64,000 nt of DNA from Macrostomum hystrix (taxonomy: Eukaryota; Animalia; Platyhelminthes), in contig CATNEN010000038.1 of NCBI GenBank assembly GCA_950097015.1, positions 22,878,001 to 22,942,000 of the forward strand. Reading direction: 5' to 3'. The notes beneath the pieces are model-generated. The model saw only the letters and a program-made list of their open reading frames with translations, did no database searches and was not told the origin of the DNA. Numbering within the stretch: position 1 is the stretch's first letter; each line of letters opens with the position of its first letter. Positions 11,609-22,805 of this stretch are shown piece by piece. The position numbers and the translations under genes are program-made.

Positions 11609-13969
11609 TGAAATAGTGCGGGTCTTTTGCTAGCCGATGACCGCCCTCATGAAAGATAGGAGTGTGGAAAACGACGATAGAGTCGGAGGTCGATCGCTGC
11701 TGCCGCGAGTTGTCGCAGAGAGGGATGACGAAGGGAGGGATGAAGGGAGAGATGAAGGGAGAGATGAGGCGGTACAAAGGATGCAAGTGAGTGGCCCTAT
11801 TGGCCTCAGGCTGGCCAGTCCCACCCAACCCATAGGCCACAGGCATGACTGCCGTGCCCACCCCAAGCAGTGCTCGAAACCGGCTAAAAGTCTAAATAGA
11901 TGTCGGACTACCCGCAAGCGAATAGGACAGGGCTAGATAGCCTACTGTCATCAGTAGCATGTTCGTAACTGACTCCTAACTTTGGTAGCAGTGGTCGACT
12001 CGGCCTAGGCTCTTGTCTTAGAAATGCGGAAAGGCTATCGGCAAAGCGGATAATGATCGAAGGTAGCGCCACCACCCAATGCGCCTACGTTGCCACCGCA
12101 GACATTTGGGAACTTGGGTCCCCGGAGCTCGCGGCTCCCAGTTTGTCACACAGATCTTAGACAAGCCGAAAAATAGAGCATTCTGTAACTTCCGTTTTAG
12201 ACTAGGGTGAGAACCCCAGAATGGATCGAGTCACGCCTCACAAGGGGATTCCTGAAACTGCGCTACAGTGGTCTAGAAAGGTGGTACTCCGAACCCGAAT
12301 GAGAAATCCATAGCCAGAATCCTACTCATGAGACATTAGACACATTCCTTACATTAGATTGCAGCCTACACATTAAATAACTAGCAAATCCGAATCTGTG
12401 TGAGATGAGGAAATCAGAGGCAGGAGAGATTAAGCTGAACACTGGCTGAGTGATTATGCAAGCAGGAAATTATTAGATCACACCCCTCGCTCCCATGGCG
12501 GCGGCAGCGAGAGGCGGGGAACAGAAGGGAAACATTAATTGACAAGGGAGGTTGACACGCACTCCTTGATCTGCCAGAAAGAGAGGAAAAACCCGCCAAG
12601 GAATTCCCCCACCCCTAGCAGAGAAACACATGCTACGCTCCGCATATTACTCGCAAATCCCTAGCTCCTTATTACTTTCATGCGCGCTCACAGTTATCCT
12701 CCTGCCGCAGCTTTCAGCTAGGCATCACCAGAGCCCATCCCCCTAATAAGTTAGCCACTCATGATCGAGGGCTGTCTAACGATAAAATAAGAGAAAGTGA
12801 AATGCATAGTAAAAAGGATTTAAGTTGTTATTAAAATGCCCAATAAATTAGATAAGCTGTGATTTAATAGTTTTATTAGGCTAAATCAAATCCCTGCCCT
12901 TTCCCTTATTACCCACTAGCTAAATAGTAAATCCCTTAGGGATAGCAATAAAAGCCCGCTGCGCGGGTTACTTATCTGACTACGCTGGTTGACAGGCTGC
13001 AGGCCGTCGATCTCGCGGGGGAATGCAAATGAACGGGAGAAAAGGTGAGGAATTGCTAAGTACAGTTGGCAGGGGGCCAGACTGCAGGGAGCTCAAGGCT
13101 CAATTTGGAGGGCACCTAAAGAGGTGGCTTGCGCTTAAGGGCACTAGCAGGTAGTTGCCTGCTGCTATGATCTGGAGCCTTAGGCTCAGGGACTAGGTGC
13201 TAGCCTAGAAGGGGGAGAGTCCACGGACCGAGTTCCGGGACCGGACAGGGGAAAAGGTTGTAAGGGCGGAAAGGTAGGTCGCCGGGAAAGGCTCCCGACA
13301 AAAGGAAAAGGTGTCCTGGGAAGGTAGGTTCTCCTAGGGGCAGCGCAGCGCGCTCTCTTAAATAGTCCTGCAGCTCCGCCAACCTCGCATTCATCAAAAT
13401 AACCCACATGCTCGCCGGCCTGTCAGCGAGGAATCGGGTCGGCATAATGCCACCCCAATTGCCCACTGAAGCGGCGGCGAGAATCGCCAGATGCCCCACT
13501 AGGAGCGTCTGCCGGCAGTCGGCCAATGATTGTGATCCCGCCGGGATATGGGAAGCGCAGGCGCCGACCTGCCTATAGTGTCGTTACAAGTATCTAAAGG
13601 GGGAAAGGTCATAATCGAGCTTCGGCTCGGGTTACAGTAAAGAAGAGGGACATGAAGAATTAAAGCTCACTCTAAACGCATGAGTGATCCCGACAATCTG
13701 ATCGCGGCTTGGAGGAGAATTATAACCTAAACTAGTCCATACAGTATTGCTATTTCCGCGATCAGTCACTCCTACAGGGGACTAGACAGATCCGAGACAA
13801 AGGGAATCGGCGGCTACTTAATTCACCTCCGCCCCAAGTCTGGCCCTAAGATTAATGATGGTGTTCTGCGGCCAGCTGCTATGTGGGTCGCGATTATTAA
13901 CTTGCTAAAAGAATGGAAAAATTTGGCTGGCTCACAACCCCACTCGATTCCGAAGTACACTCCACATCA
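11609..13969 (-). repeat. 3' LTR (2,361 bp)
   Basis: + strand reads TGAAATAGTG...CCACATCA. No differences from 18241-20601 were seen by eye, and the ORF track repeats exactly at +6632. Confidence 0.95.
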
Positions 13970-13989
13970 CACCGCCTTCGCTCACTTTC
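13970..13989 (-). other. Putative polypurine tract
   Basis: Minus-strand GAAAGTGAGCGAAGGCGGTG immediately before the 3' LTR; purine-rich but imperfect. Confidence 0.45.
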
Positions 13990-16365
13990 ACGTAAGGCAC
14001 TTACGTGCTTACTGTCAGTAGTGGGGTGTCCCGCGAATCGAGGGGGCAAAAACTTACATTACCCTACTGTATACCGTAAAGAACCTTAAGAAGAAATCCG
14101 CTAGAGAAGAAATCCTAGGTCCTCGTACGTAACAATACTGCTATAAATAGATTGTGTGCGAGAGTGTAAAAGGTCGGCGCCCCTAGCAACTAAGGGATAG
14201 AGTCCTGAGGGGAGGTGGGTGCGCATTCCGGCTGAGTTAGAGTTGTTCTCGCTGTCCCGGGGTGCCGTGTCCCGATTCGCCTTCTCCTCCAGGTGGCTGC
14301 AGCTGTCCCCGTCTTTCCCTGCCCGGCTTGGTCGCGGTTGCGCAATCCTGGGAGGCTCCGGCCGTTTTCCTCCTTAAGTCCGAGGGTCCGGCCGTGCTCT
14401 CACCAGGTGGCTCCAGATTGGCTGACCCGCTCTGCGTCCTCACCGATCCTGTTGCCGGGCGTTGGTAGCCTCTGATTCACCGCGCGCTCCAGGTGGTTCC
14501 GGCTGGCCGTGCCCGGGAATGTTCGCCGGGCCGGTTGCCTAGCCGTTGTGCGCGGCCCAATCGGCGCTGCAGCTGGTCGCAGCTGGGGAAACCGCTGCTC
14601 AGGCCGCTTGTGATGCTGTTGCCGGCCGAGGTGTCTCCTCACCGAAAAGGTCAGGGCCCCAACAACTAAACCGTTACTATGGGCCCCCTAAACTGGTTCT
14701 GCCCGGAATCCCCACTTTGCTCCCATTGGCTGGCGGTTAGACCGCCACGTCTCCCTAAATTAGCCCTATAAAAGCAAACTCTTGACGCCCCATTAACCTC
14801 AAGCCTGTTATCTCTTGAAAATTTCACCGCAATCCAGTCTCTTCTTTCGAAGTGCATTATCATAAGCTACCGAAGTGCCTAAACATAAGCTACCGCTATC
14901 ATACTCGTTCGTCCGAAACCACAATGGCCCAGCAGCAACCTGGAGACGAAAGGTGAGTTATTACTTCTACTCGGCCCCCCAAGGCCGGTTATTAAGGATT
15001 ATTGCGAGGGTTATGTCATAATAGTTAGGATAAATCGAATTCCCTTTTTTCCCACGGCACTCTGAAATGTCCCACTGATTTGGAATTGACCCCGACCCGA
15101 ACTGTGACAAACCCTCCCCCAAATATAGATAGATTACATTGTGAGTTATTTGAAATGCAATTACCCGCTCTATTCCTTCGTCATCTGACCTAACTACCCC
15201 CTTCATTCTTTCAGTGACTATCCGCTCGGTTTTGCTAACTTTCCTAGATGAACATTACTGCTCAAGTTTTACAACCGCCTAGTAACCAAAAAAACTAACT
15301 GATAGACTGTCAATGAGTTTTGAAACGTCTGGAACCTTAATTCATGCGATTTATTACTATTCTACCCCTCCAGGTACCTAGATTTGAATGCCCAGCTGCT
15401 AACTTCTGGCTCCCAAATAAGGTTTTTTTTTCTGACCCTCCTAATCCTAACAAAGGAAAAGTTATCATTTTTAAAATCTGTCGTTCATTGAAACAGCCAG
15501 ATTGTTTTCCCTCCCAGAGTTTGAATACCTGATCCTACCGGCCTCTTGATTTACGACCGCCCACTCTTTAAACAAACATTAAGAAGAAAATTCCCGAAAC
15601 ATACCACCCCGCTCACTTTAGCGGGTTGGTATACCCCCTAAATAGAAGCCGGTATAGCTAAACTCCCGAAACCAAGCATAGAGAACATGTAAGATAAGCA
15701 AGTTTGCGAAAAGTAGGTGCGAACCCTAGTTTGCGGCAGTTATTACGAAAATATTTCATGCGAAAATTCGAACTAGGGGAGTTTCACCCCACTAAGTATG
15801 TTTTTGGATTTTGATTAGTTTATATGAGTTTTTAAGAGGGTTTGGCGCCGAGATGGCCTTTTTGATTTGAAACCGCCTTCCCTCCCTTAAAGAAACATAG
15901 AATTTCCCATGGCATACCACCCCGCTCACTTTAGCGGGTTGGTGCCCCTCCTAAGTTAGAAGTTGTCCTAAATTGAACTCCCACAGACCCACCAATATGA
16001 ACAAGATAAGGCAGAGGTGCCATGCATGATGTGGTGCGAATAAAAGTAAAATGCTCTTTGAGAAAAGAATGTGCATGCCCTAGATTGCTACATTTAGATA
16101 GGCATCTCATGCGAAAAAGTACTAGGGGAATTTCACCCCACTAGGTATGTTTTTGGGTTTCTGGCTAAATTATAAGAATTTTTATGAGATTTTTGTGCCA
16201 AGGCGGCTTTGATGAAAAAGGAAGGCATGCACAATAGGAGAAAAGGAGCAAAAAAAGTGTAACAGAATGGGGGATCGCTTCCCCAACGAGGTCTCCAGTG
16301 GGGCTCGGTCGCCTAGCACGGCCGGGTGAGTGCTTCGGGGCACCCGCAGTGGGAGCTACCTTTCC

Positions 16366-16917
16366 CTAGCCTGGGTCGTGGCCGTTGGTATTTACCTGCG
16401 CAGCAGCGGACCTCAGGCGGTCGGCGAATGAGGCATATGATTCGCCTCGGTCCTGCCTCAGGTTGCGCCCGCTGAGGAGCCGGGCATAGGGGGTGCAGGC
16501 GCCGCTGAGGGCCTCGGTCAGGTCCTGCACGAACCGGAAATAGGTCACGCGGCGCGGCAGGGTCATCGCTTGGGTTAGGGGTTCACCGCCTAGGTGGGCC
16601 AGGAGGGTGAGGATTTTCTCCTCTTCTGTTTCCAAGCCCTCAGCCTCAACCTTCAGGTTAAACCGGCGCAGCCAGCGGGGAAAAGAGTCTGCTGCCGATT
16701 CGAATGGTTCCAGGGCAACTTTCACCCTGTGAGTTCTTGCTCGACGCGGCTCTAGACGCTCCATCAGGGAGGCTAGGCGCTCGATGGGGTCCCCTTGATT
16801 GGCGGCTGCAGCTGCTGCTGCCGCTGGGGGATCGGCGCGCGCTGCGGCAGCAGCGCGGCCTCTAGGTGGGCGGGGGGCGCCGATGGCCTCGACGACCTCA
16901 TCCTCCTGGTCGGACAT
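16366..16917 (-). CDS. gag: Truncated retrotransposon Gag (capsid N-terminal domain plus major homology region), 183 aa
   Basis: PFESAADSFPRWLRRF...EEKILTLLAHLGGE followed by the MHR-like LRQDRGESYASFADRLRSAA. The stop comes shortly after, and there is no CCHC zinc knuckle. Confidence 0.82.
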   Translation of the reverse strand: MSDQEDEVVEAIGAPRPPRGRAAAAARADPPAAAAAAAANQGDPIERLASLMERLEPRRARTHRVKVALEPFESAADSFPRWLRRFNLKVEAEGLETEEEKILTLLAHLGGEPLTQAMTLPRRVTYFRFVQDLTEALSGACTPYARLLSGRNLRQDRGESYASFADRLRSAAAQVNTNGHDPG

Positions 16918-18220
16918 TTTCGGCCAAAAGAGAAATGAGGGTTTTGTGAATTGAAAAGGGGTGTTTGCCGCTAATGCAACAATGGGGAAGGAGAGAAAGG
17001 GGAATACAGATCACGACCGGGGGTCGTGCGAGAGGGAAAGAGAATGGCCTGAGTTGTCAAATCCAGCCCTAATTAATGACGCGGGCAAATTCCTTATTCC
17101 TAGCAAACAATCCTGCAGCAAAAATGAGATCAAAGATCAATGAGAGAGAAAAAGGGCCCAGGGCCCTGGCTAGCTTTGCTTCCAGCCTTGGCTACTGACA
17201 ACTGTTTGCGCGCACTTAAGTTTGGGACATAGAAGTCTAGGTTTTAACTTAGCACTCGTTCTGCAACCCTATAGCGGACTGTTACACTATAGGTACGGCG
17301 GGGCCAGTACTACTGCAAGCTTGCGCCTGCAGCAGCCTATCTCCCTACCTTGGAAAGTACGCGACTCAAAAAGTCATTCAAAGAAGGCTAATCCCCGATT
17401 CGCTCAGAGGGCCCTTCCCGGTTGGGATGGCCGGGGGCTTCGCCTCCGCGATTTACGAGGCTGGGGATCCCAGGAATTATACATCTGAGACCTCGCTCGG
17501 TTAGGGGTCCGTGGCTTAGAGCCCGGTTTCTCCGTTTAGACCATCCCTCAGAGAGTTTCTTAGAAAGACGCGCCGACCGAATTCTAGCCCATACTTAAAG
17601 TAGGCAGCTTCGAGAGGCGGGCACGGGGGTCGCTAGACCTCCCAGAAGGTCCCACCTCCCTAACTGTTCCCCACCAAAGTCAGACTTGATCAAAGCTATG
17701 TGACACTTTCAGAATCAGGTGCACGTAAGCAGGCCTACAAGCTGCCCAAGAGAACCAACCCCCGGTGCTCAGCGAGTCATCGGTTCCCGGCTGCATTGCC
17801 GGGGGCTCACTTCGCTCGGTTAGGAGGCCTGACCGGCATGGCCCGGTCCTTCGTTAAGATTGGCCCCTCCCAGAACAGTCACGCGGGAAACCCCACAGAC
17901 AGTCCCTGACTCCTGCAGCAGCCACTAACCCGAAGACACTCTAGCATGAAATCCGCTCACACAGCCTACTCTTAGTAGAAAGTCACTAATCAGAAATTTT
18001 GGAAATCCTAACAAAATCCTTACATTAAAGTCCGAATCAAATTGAAACTGTTCAAGAAAATTAATTGACAGTTACTCGAACTGAAGTCCAGTCTCTAGAG
18101 ATAAGATTTAGGCATACGGAAGATGAAATCTAGAAGAAGCCCTTACGGCTAACTACCACAGAAATCTGCGGCGCTAAACTAACAATTGAAAAAATTCAGG
18201 TTCGTTTCGCGCCCTTTCTA

Positions 18221-18239
18221 AATCCCACCGCTGCCACCA
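18221..18239 (-). promoter_or_regulatory. Primer-binding site complementary to the tRNA-Leu 3' end
   Basis: Minus-strand TGGTGGCAGCGGTGGGATT lies 1 nt from the 5' LTR. The + strand AATCCCACCGCTGCCACCA matches the 3' end plus CCA of metazoan tRNA-Leu(AAG/TAG) as recalled. Confidence 0.9.
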
Positions 18240-18240
18240 T

Positions 18241-20601
18241 TGAAATAGTGCGGGTCTTTTGCTAGCCGATGACCGCCCTCATGAAAGATAGGAGTGTGGA
18301 AAACGACGATAGAGTCGGAGGTCGATCGCTGCTGCCGCGAGTTGTCGCAGAGAGGGATGACGAAGGGAGGGATGAAGGGAGAGATGAAGGGAGAGATGAG
18401 GCGGTACAAAGGATGCAAGTGAGTGGCCCTATTGGCCTCAGGCTGGCCAGTCCCACCCAACCCATAGGCCACAGGCATGACTGCCGTGCCCACCCCAAGC
18501 AGTGCTCGAAACCGGCTAAAAGTCTAAATAGATGTCGGACTACCCGCAAGCGAATAGGACAGGGCTAGATAGCCTACTGTCATCAGTAGCATGTTCGTAA
18601 CTGACTCCTAACTTTGGTAGCAGTGGTCGACTCGGCCTAGGCTCTTGTCTTAGAAATGCGGAAAGGCTATCGGCAAAGCGGATAATGATCGAAGGTAGCG
18701 CCACCACCCAATGCGCCTACGTTGCCACCGCAGACATTTGGGAACTTGGGTCCCCGGAGCTCGCGGCTCCCAGTTTGTCACACAGATCTTAGACAAGCCG
18801 AAAAATAGAGCATTCTGTAACTTCCGTTTTAGACTAGGGTGAGAACCCCAGAATGGATCGAGTCACGCCTCACAAGGGGATTCCTGAAACTGCGCTACAG
18901 TGGTCTAGAAAGGTGGTACTCCGAACCCGAATGAGAAATCCATAGCCAGAATCCTACTCATGAGACATTAGACACATTCCTTACATTAGATTGCAGCCTA
19001 CACATTAAATAACTAGCAAATCCGAATCTGTGTGAGATGAGGAAATCAGAGGCAGGAGAGATTAAGCTGAACACTGGCTGAGTGATTATGCAAGCAGGAA
19101 ATTATTAGATCACACCCCTCGCTCCCATGGCGGCGGCAGCGAGAGGCGGGGAACAGAAGGGAAACATTAATTGACAAGGGAGGTTGACACGCACTCCTTG
19201 ATCTGCCAGAAAGAGAGGAAAAACCCGCCAAGGAATTCCCCCACCCCTAGCAGAGAAACACATGCTACGCTCCGCATATTACTCGCAAATCCCTAGCTCC
19301 TTATTACTTTCATGCGCGCTCACAGTTATCCTCCTGCCGCAGCTTTCAGCTAGGCATCACCAGAGCCCATCCCCCTAATAAGTTAGCCACTCATGATCGA
19401 GGGCTGTCTAACGATAAAATAAGAGAAAGTGAAATGCATAGTAAAAAGGATTTAAGTTGTTATTAAAATGCCCAATAAATTAGATAAGCTGTGATTTAAT
19501 AGTTTTATTAGGCTAAATCAAATCCCTGCCCTTTCCCTTATTACCCACTAGCTAAATAGTAAATCCCTTAGGGATAGCAATAAAAGCCCGCTGCGCGGGT
19601 TACTTATCTGACTACGCTGGTTGACAGGCTGCAGGCCGTCGATCTCGCGGGGGAATGCAAATGAACGGGAGAAAAGGTGAGGAATTGCTAAGTACAGTTG
19701 GCAGGGGGCCAGACTGCAGGGAGCTCAAGGCTCAATTTGGAGGGCACCTAAAGAGGTGGCTTGCGCTTAAGGGCACTAGCAGGTAGTTGCCTGCTGCTAT
19801 GATCTGGAGCCTTAGGCTCAGGGACTAGGTGCTAGCCTAGAAGGGGGAGAGTCCACGGACCGAGTTCCGGGACCGGACAGGGGAAAAGGTTGTAAGGGCG
19901 GAAAGGTAGGTCGCCGGGAAAGGCTCCCGACAAAAGGAAAAGGTGTCCTGGGAAGGTAGGTTCTCCTAGGGGCAGCGCAGCGCGCTCTCTTAAATAGTCC
20001 TGCAGCTCCGCCAACCTCGCATTCATCAAAATAACCCACATGCTCGCCGGCCTGTCAGCGAGGAATCGGGTCGGCATAATGCCACCCCAATTGCCCACTG
20101 AAGCGGCGGCGAGAATCGCCAGATGCCCCACTAGGAGCGTCTGCCGGCAGTCGGCCAATGATTGTGATCCCGCCGGGATATGGGAAGCGCAGGCGCCGAC
20201 CTGCCTATAGTGTCGTTACAAGTATCTAAAGGGGGAAAGGTCATAATCGAGCTTCGGCTCGGGTTACAGTAAAGAAGAGGGACATGAAGAATTAAAGCTC
20301 ACTCTAAACGCATGAGTGATCCCGACAATCTGATCGCGGCTTGGAGGAGAATTATAACCTAAACTAGTCCATACAGTATTGCTATTTCCGCGATCAGTCA
20401 CTCCTACAGGGGACTAGACAGATCCGAGACAAAGGGAATCGGCGGCTACTTAATTCACCTCCGCCCCAAGTCTGGCCCTAAGATTAATGATGGTGTTCTG
20501 CGGCCAGCTGCTATGTGGGTCGCGATTATTAACTTGCTAAAAGAATGGAAAAATTTGGCTGGCTCACAACCCCACTCGATTCCGAAGTACACTCCACATC
20601 A
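18241..20601 (-). repeat. 5' LTR (2,361 bp)
   Basis: Direct copy of 11609-13969, adjacent to the PBS. Confidence 0.95.
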
Positions 20602-20716
20602 CCAGTCTCATTCTGAGTGTGCCTGTTAATCCCAGTCTCATTCTGAGTGTGCCTGTTAATCCCAGTCTCATTCTGAGTGTGCCTGTTAATCCCAGTCTGA
20701 TTCTGAGTGTGCCTGT
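20602..20716. repeat. 30-bp minisatellite, right part
   Basis: Resumes in register after the duplicated CCAG. Confidence 0.95.
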
Positions 20717-21367
20717 ATCCCCATAACCCTTATTAATTAATTTTGTCACATTTTTACATGGGTTCTGAGGCGCAATCCCTACTGTTCTCATCGTATCCCA
20801 ATATTGTGATTATTTTTCCTATTTCCCCTACCTTTGCATAAGAGATTATCTAGTCAGTAGATTCTACCCTCGAATCAAATTTTCCCTTTCTGCCCAGTCC
20901 ACTCAGAATAATCGTGTGTTCGTCGTTTTCCTTTCCTATCTCTGCGGCCTCTTCGCTTCGTTTAGTAAAAATAATAAATATAATACTAACAATAACATCA
21001 GTAATAATAATTATTGATATGCAGTCGGCATCCATTTCAGCCCTCTTAGCTAAGCAATGCGAATTGCTTTGCATATTTTTCCAATTATCCGATCGGACTC
21101 AAGAAGCCAATCCGAGTGCTTCGTATCCCATCGACAGATGGCATAATGCCTTACAGCTCAGTCACGGAATAGGTCCTGGCATTCACTAGCCTAGGATACC
21201 CGGTACTCGAAGATACTTTGCTTGCCAAGCTTGCCATTCTCCTAGGACGGGAAAAAGATTTTCGTCACAAATACTTCTCATACGACTTGTCATAAATTAG
21301 TGCTAGTAAAAACTGCGCAAAGTGATGAACGAAAATTTGTTCACCGAAGTTAGTTAGGATTTTAACA

Positions 21368-21643
21368 GCAGGAATCACAGCTAGAAACATATTAGGAATC
21401 GTAGCTAGAAACATATTAGGAATCGTAGCTAGAATCATTCCAGGAATCGTAGCTAGAAACATATTAGGAATCGTAGCCAGAATCATTCCAGGAATCGTAG
21501 CTAGAATCATTCCAGGAATCGTAGCTAGAATCATTCCAGGAATCGTAGCTAAAATCATTCCAGGAATCGTAGCTAGAATCATTCCAGGAATCGTAGCTAG
21601 AATCATGTCAGGTATCGTAGCTAGAATCATGTCAGGAATCGTA
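21368..21643 (+). repeat. 24-bp minisatellite, left arm of an inverted pair
   Basis: GGAATCGTAGCTAGAATCATTCCA units. Confidence 0.92.
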
Positions 21644-21984
21644 CCAGAAAAAATTCGTATCTGGAATCATTATCAGGATTCCGATCAGCTTCCGAACTGC
21701 AAATTATTGTTTGGCGAAAGAGAAAAAAATTAAAAATTCTCTTTCCCGACAAAGGCAAAGACGCAAAACATAGAAAGAACTGCGCTCGTACTTTATTCTA
21801 ACAGTTAGGGTACAAGACTTTTGTAAGTTGGGCTAAACCGCTCATTATATGCCAGCTAAGTACACGGCTCTTACGAGAATTTCAGTCATATTGAGTGCTG
21901 CCAACATTGACTAAAAATCTCTTTGTAAATATTTAATTAGTAGTTGAAGATTTTTTGCATTTTAGCAGATCTATGGACTGAAAC

Positions 21985-22805
21985 CTGCTACGATTTTGCT
22001 ACGATTCGATTCCGAATATGATTCTAGCTACTATTCCTGGAATGATTCTAGCTACGATTCCTGACATGATTCTAGCTACTATTCCTGACATGATTCTAGC
22101 TACTATTCCTGACATGATTCTAGCTACTATTCCTGACATGATTCTAGCTACTATTCCTGACATGATTCTAGCTACGATTCCTGGAATGATTCTAGCTACG
22201 ATTCCTGACATGATTCTAGCTACGATTCCTGACATGATTCTAGCTACGATTCCTGACATGATTCTAGCTACGATTCCTGGAATGATTCTAGCTACGATTC
22301 CGGATATAATTCTAGCTACGATTCCTGACATGAGTCTAGCTACGATTCCGGATATGATTCTAGCTACGATTCCGGATATGATTCTAGCTACGATTCCTAA
22401 TATGATTCTAGCTGCGATTCCTGACATGAGTGTAGCTACGATTCCGGATATGATTCTAGCTACGATTCCTGGAATGATTCTAGCTATGATTCCTGGAATG
22501 ATTTTAGCTACGATTCCTGACATGAGTCTAGCTACGATTCTGGATATGATTCTAGCTACGATTCCTGGAATGATTCTAGCTACGATTCCTGGAATGATTC
22601 TAGCTACGATTCCTGGAATGATTCTAGCTACGATTCCTGGAATGATTCTAGCTACGATTCCTGGAATGATTCTAGCTACGATTCCTGACATGATTCTAGC
22701 TACGATTCCTGGAATGATTCTGGCTACGATTCCTGACATGATTCTAGCTACGATTCCTGGAATGATTCTAGCTACGATTCCGGACATGATTCTAGCTACG
22801 ATTTC
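21985..22805 (-). repeat. 24-bp minisatellite, right arm (reverse complement of the left arm)
   Basis: TGATTCTAGCTACGATTCCTGGAA units. Confidence 0.92.

Larger units (their letters stand above)
11609..20601 (-). mobile_element. Complete non-autonomous Ty3/gypsy-type LTR retroelement encoding only a truncated Gag
   Basis: TG...CA-bounded 2,361-bp direct repeats at a constant offset of 6632, a CCAG TSD (11605-11608 and 20602-20605), a tRNA-Leu PBS and a minus-strand gag ORF. No intact RT, RNase H or integrase ORF. Confidence 0.93.

Noticed and set aside
11900-11965. CTGATGA in the LTR sense strand (retrozyme hypothesis)
   Set aside because: It is followed by a hairpin but not by GAAA or stem III, so there is no hammerhead core.
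16160-16368. Gag stop-codon readthrough into pol
   Set aside because: The downstream frame closes after about 65 codons and has no aspartic-protease motif.
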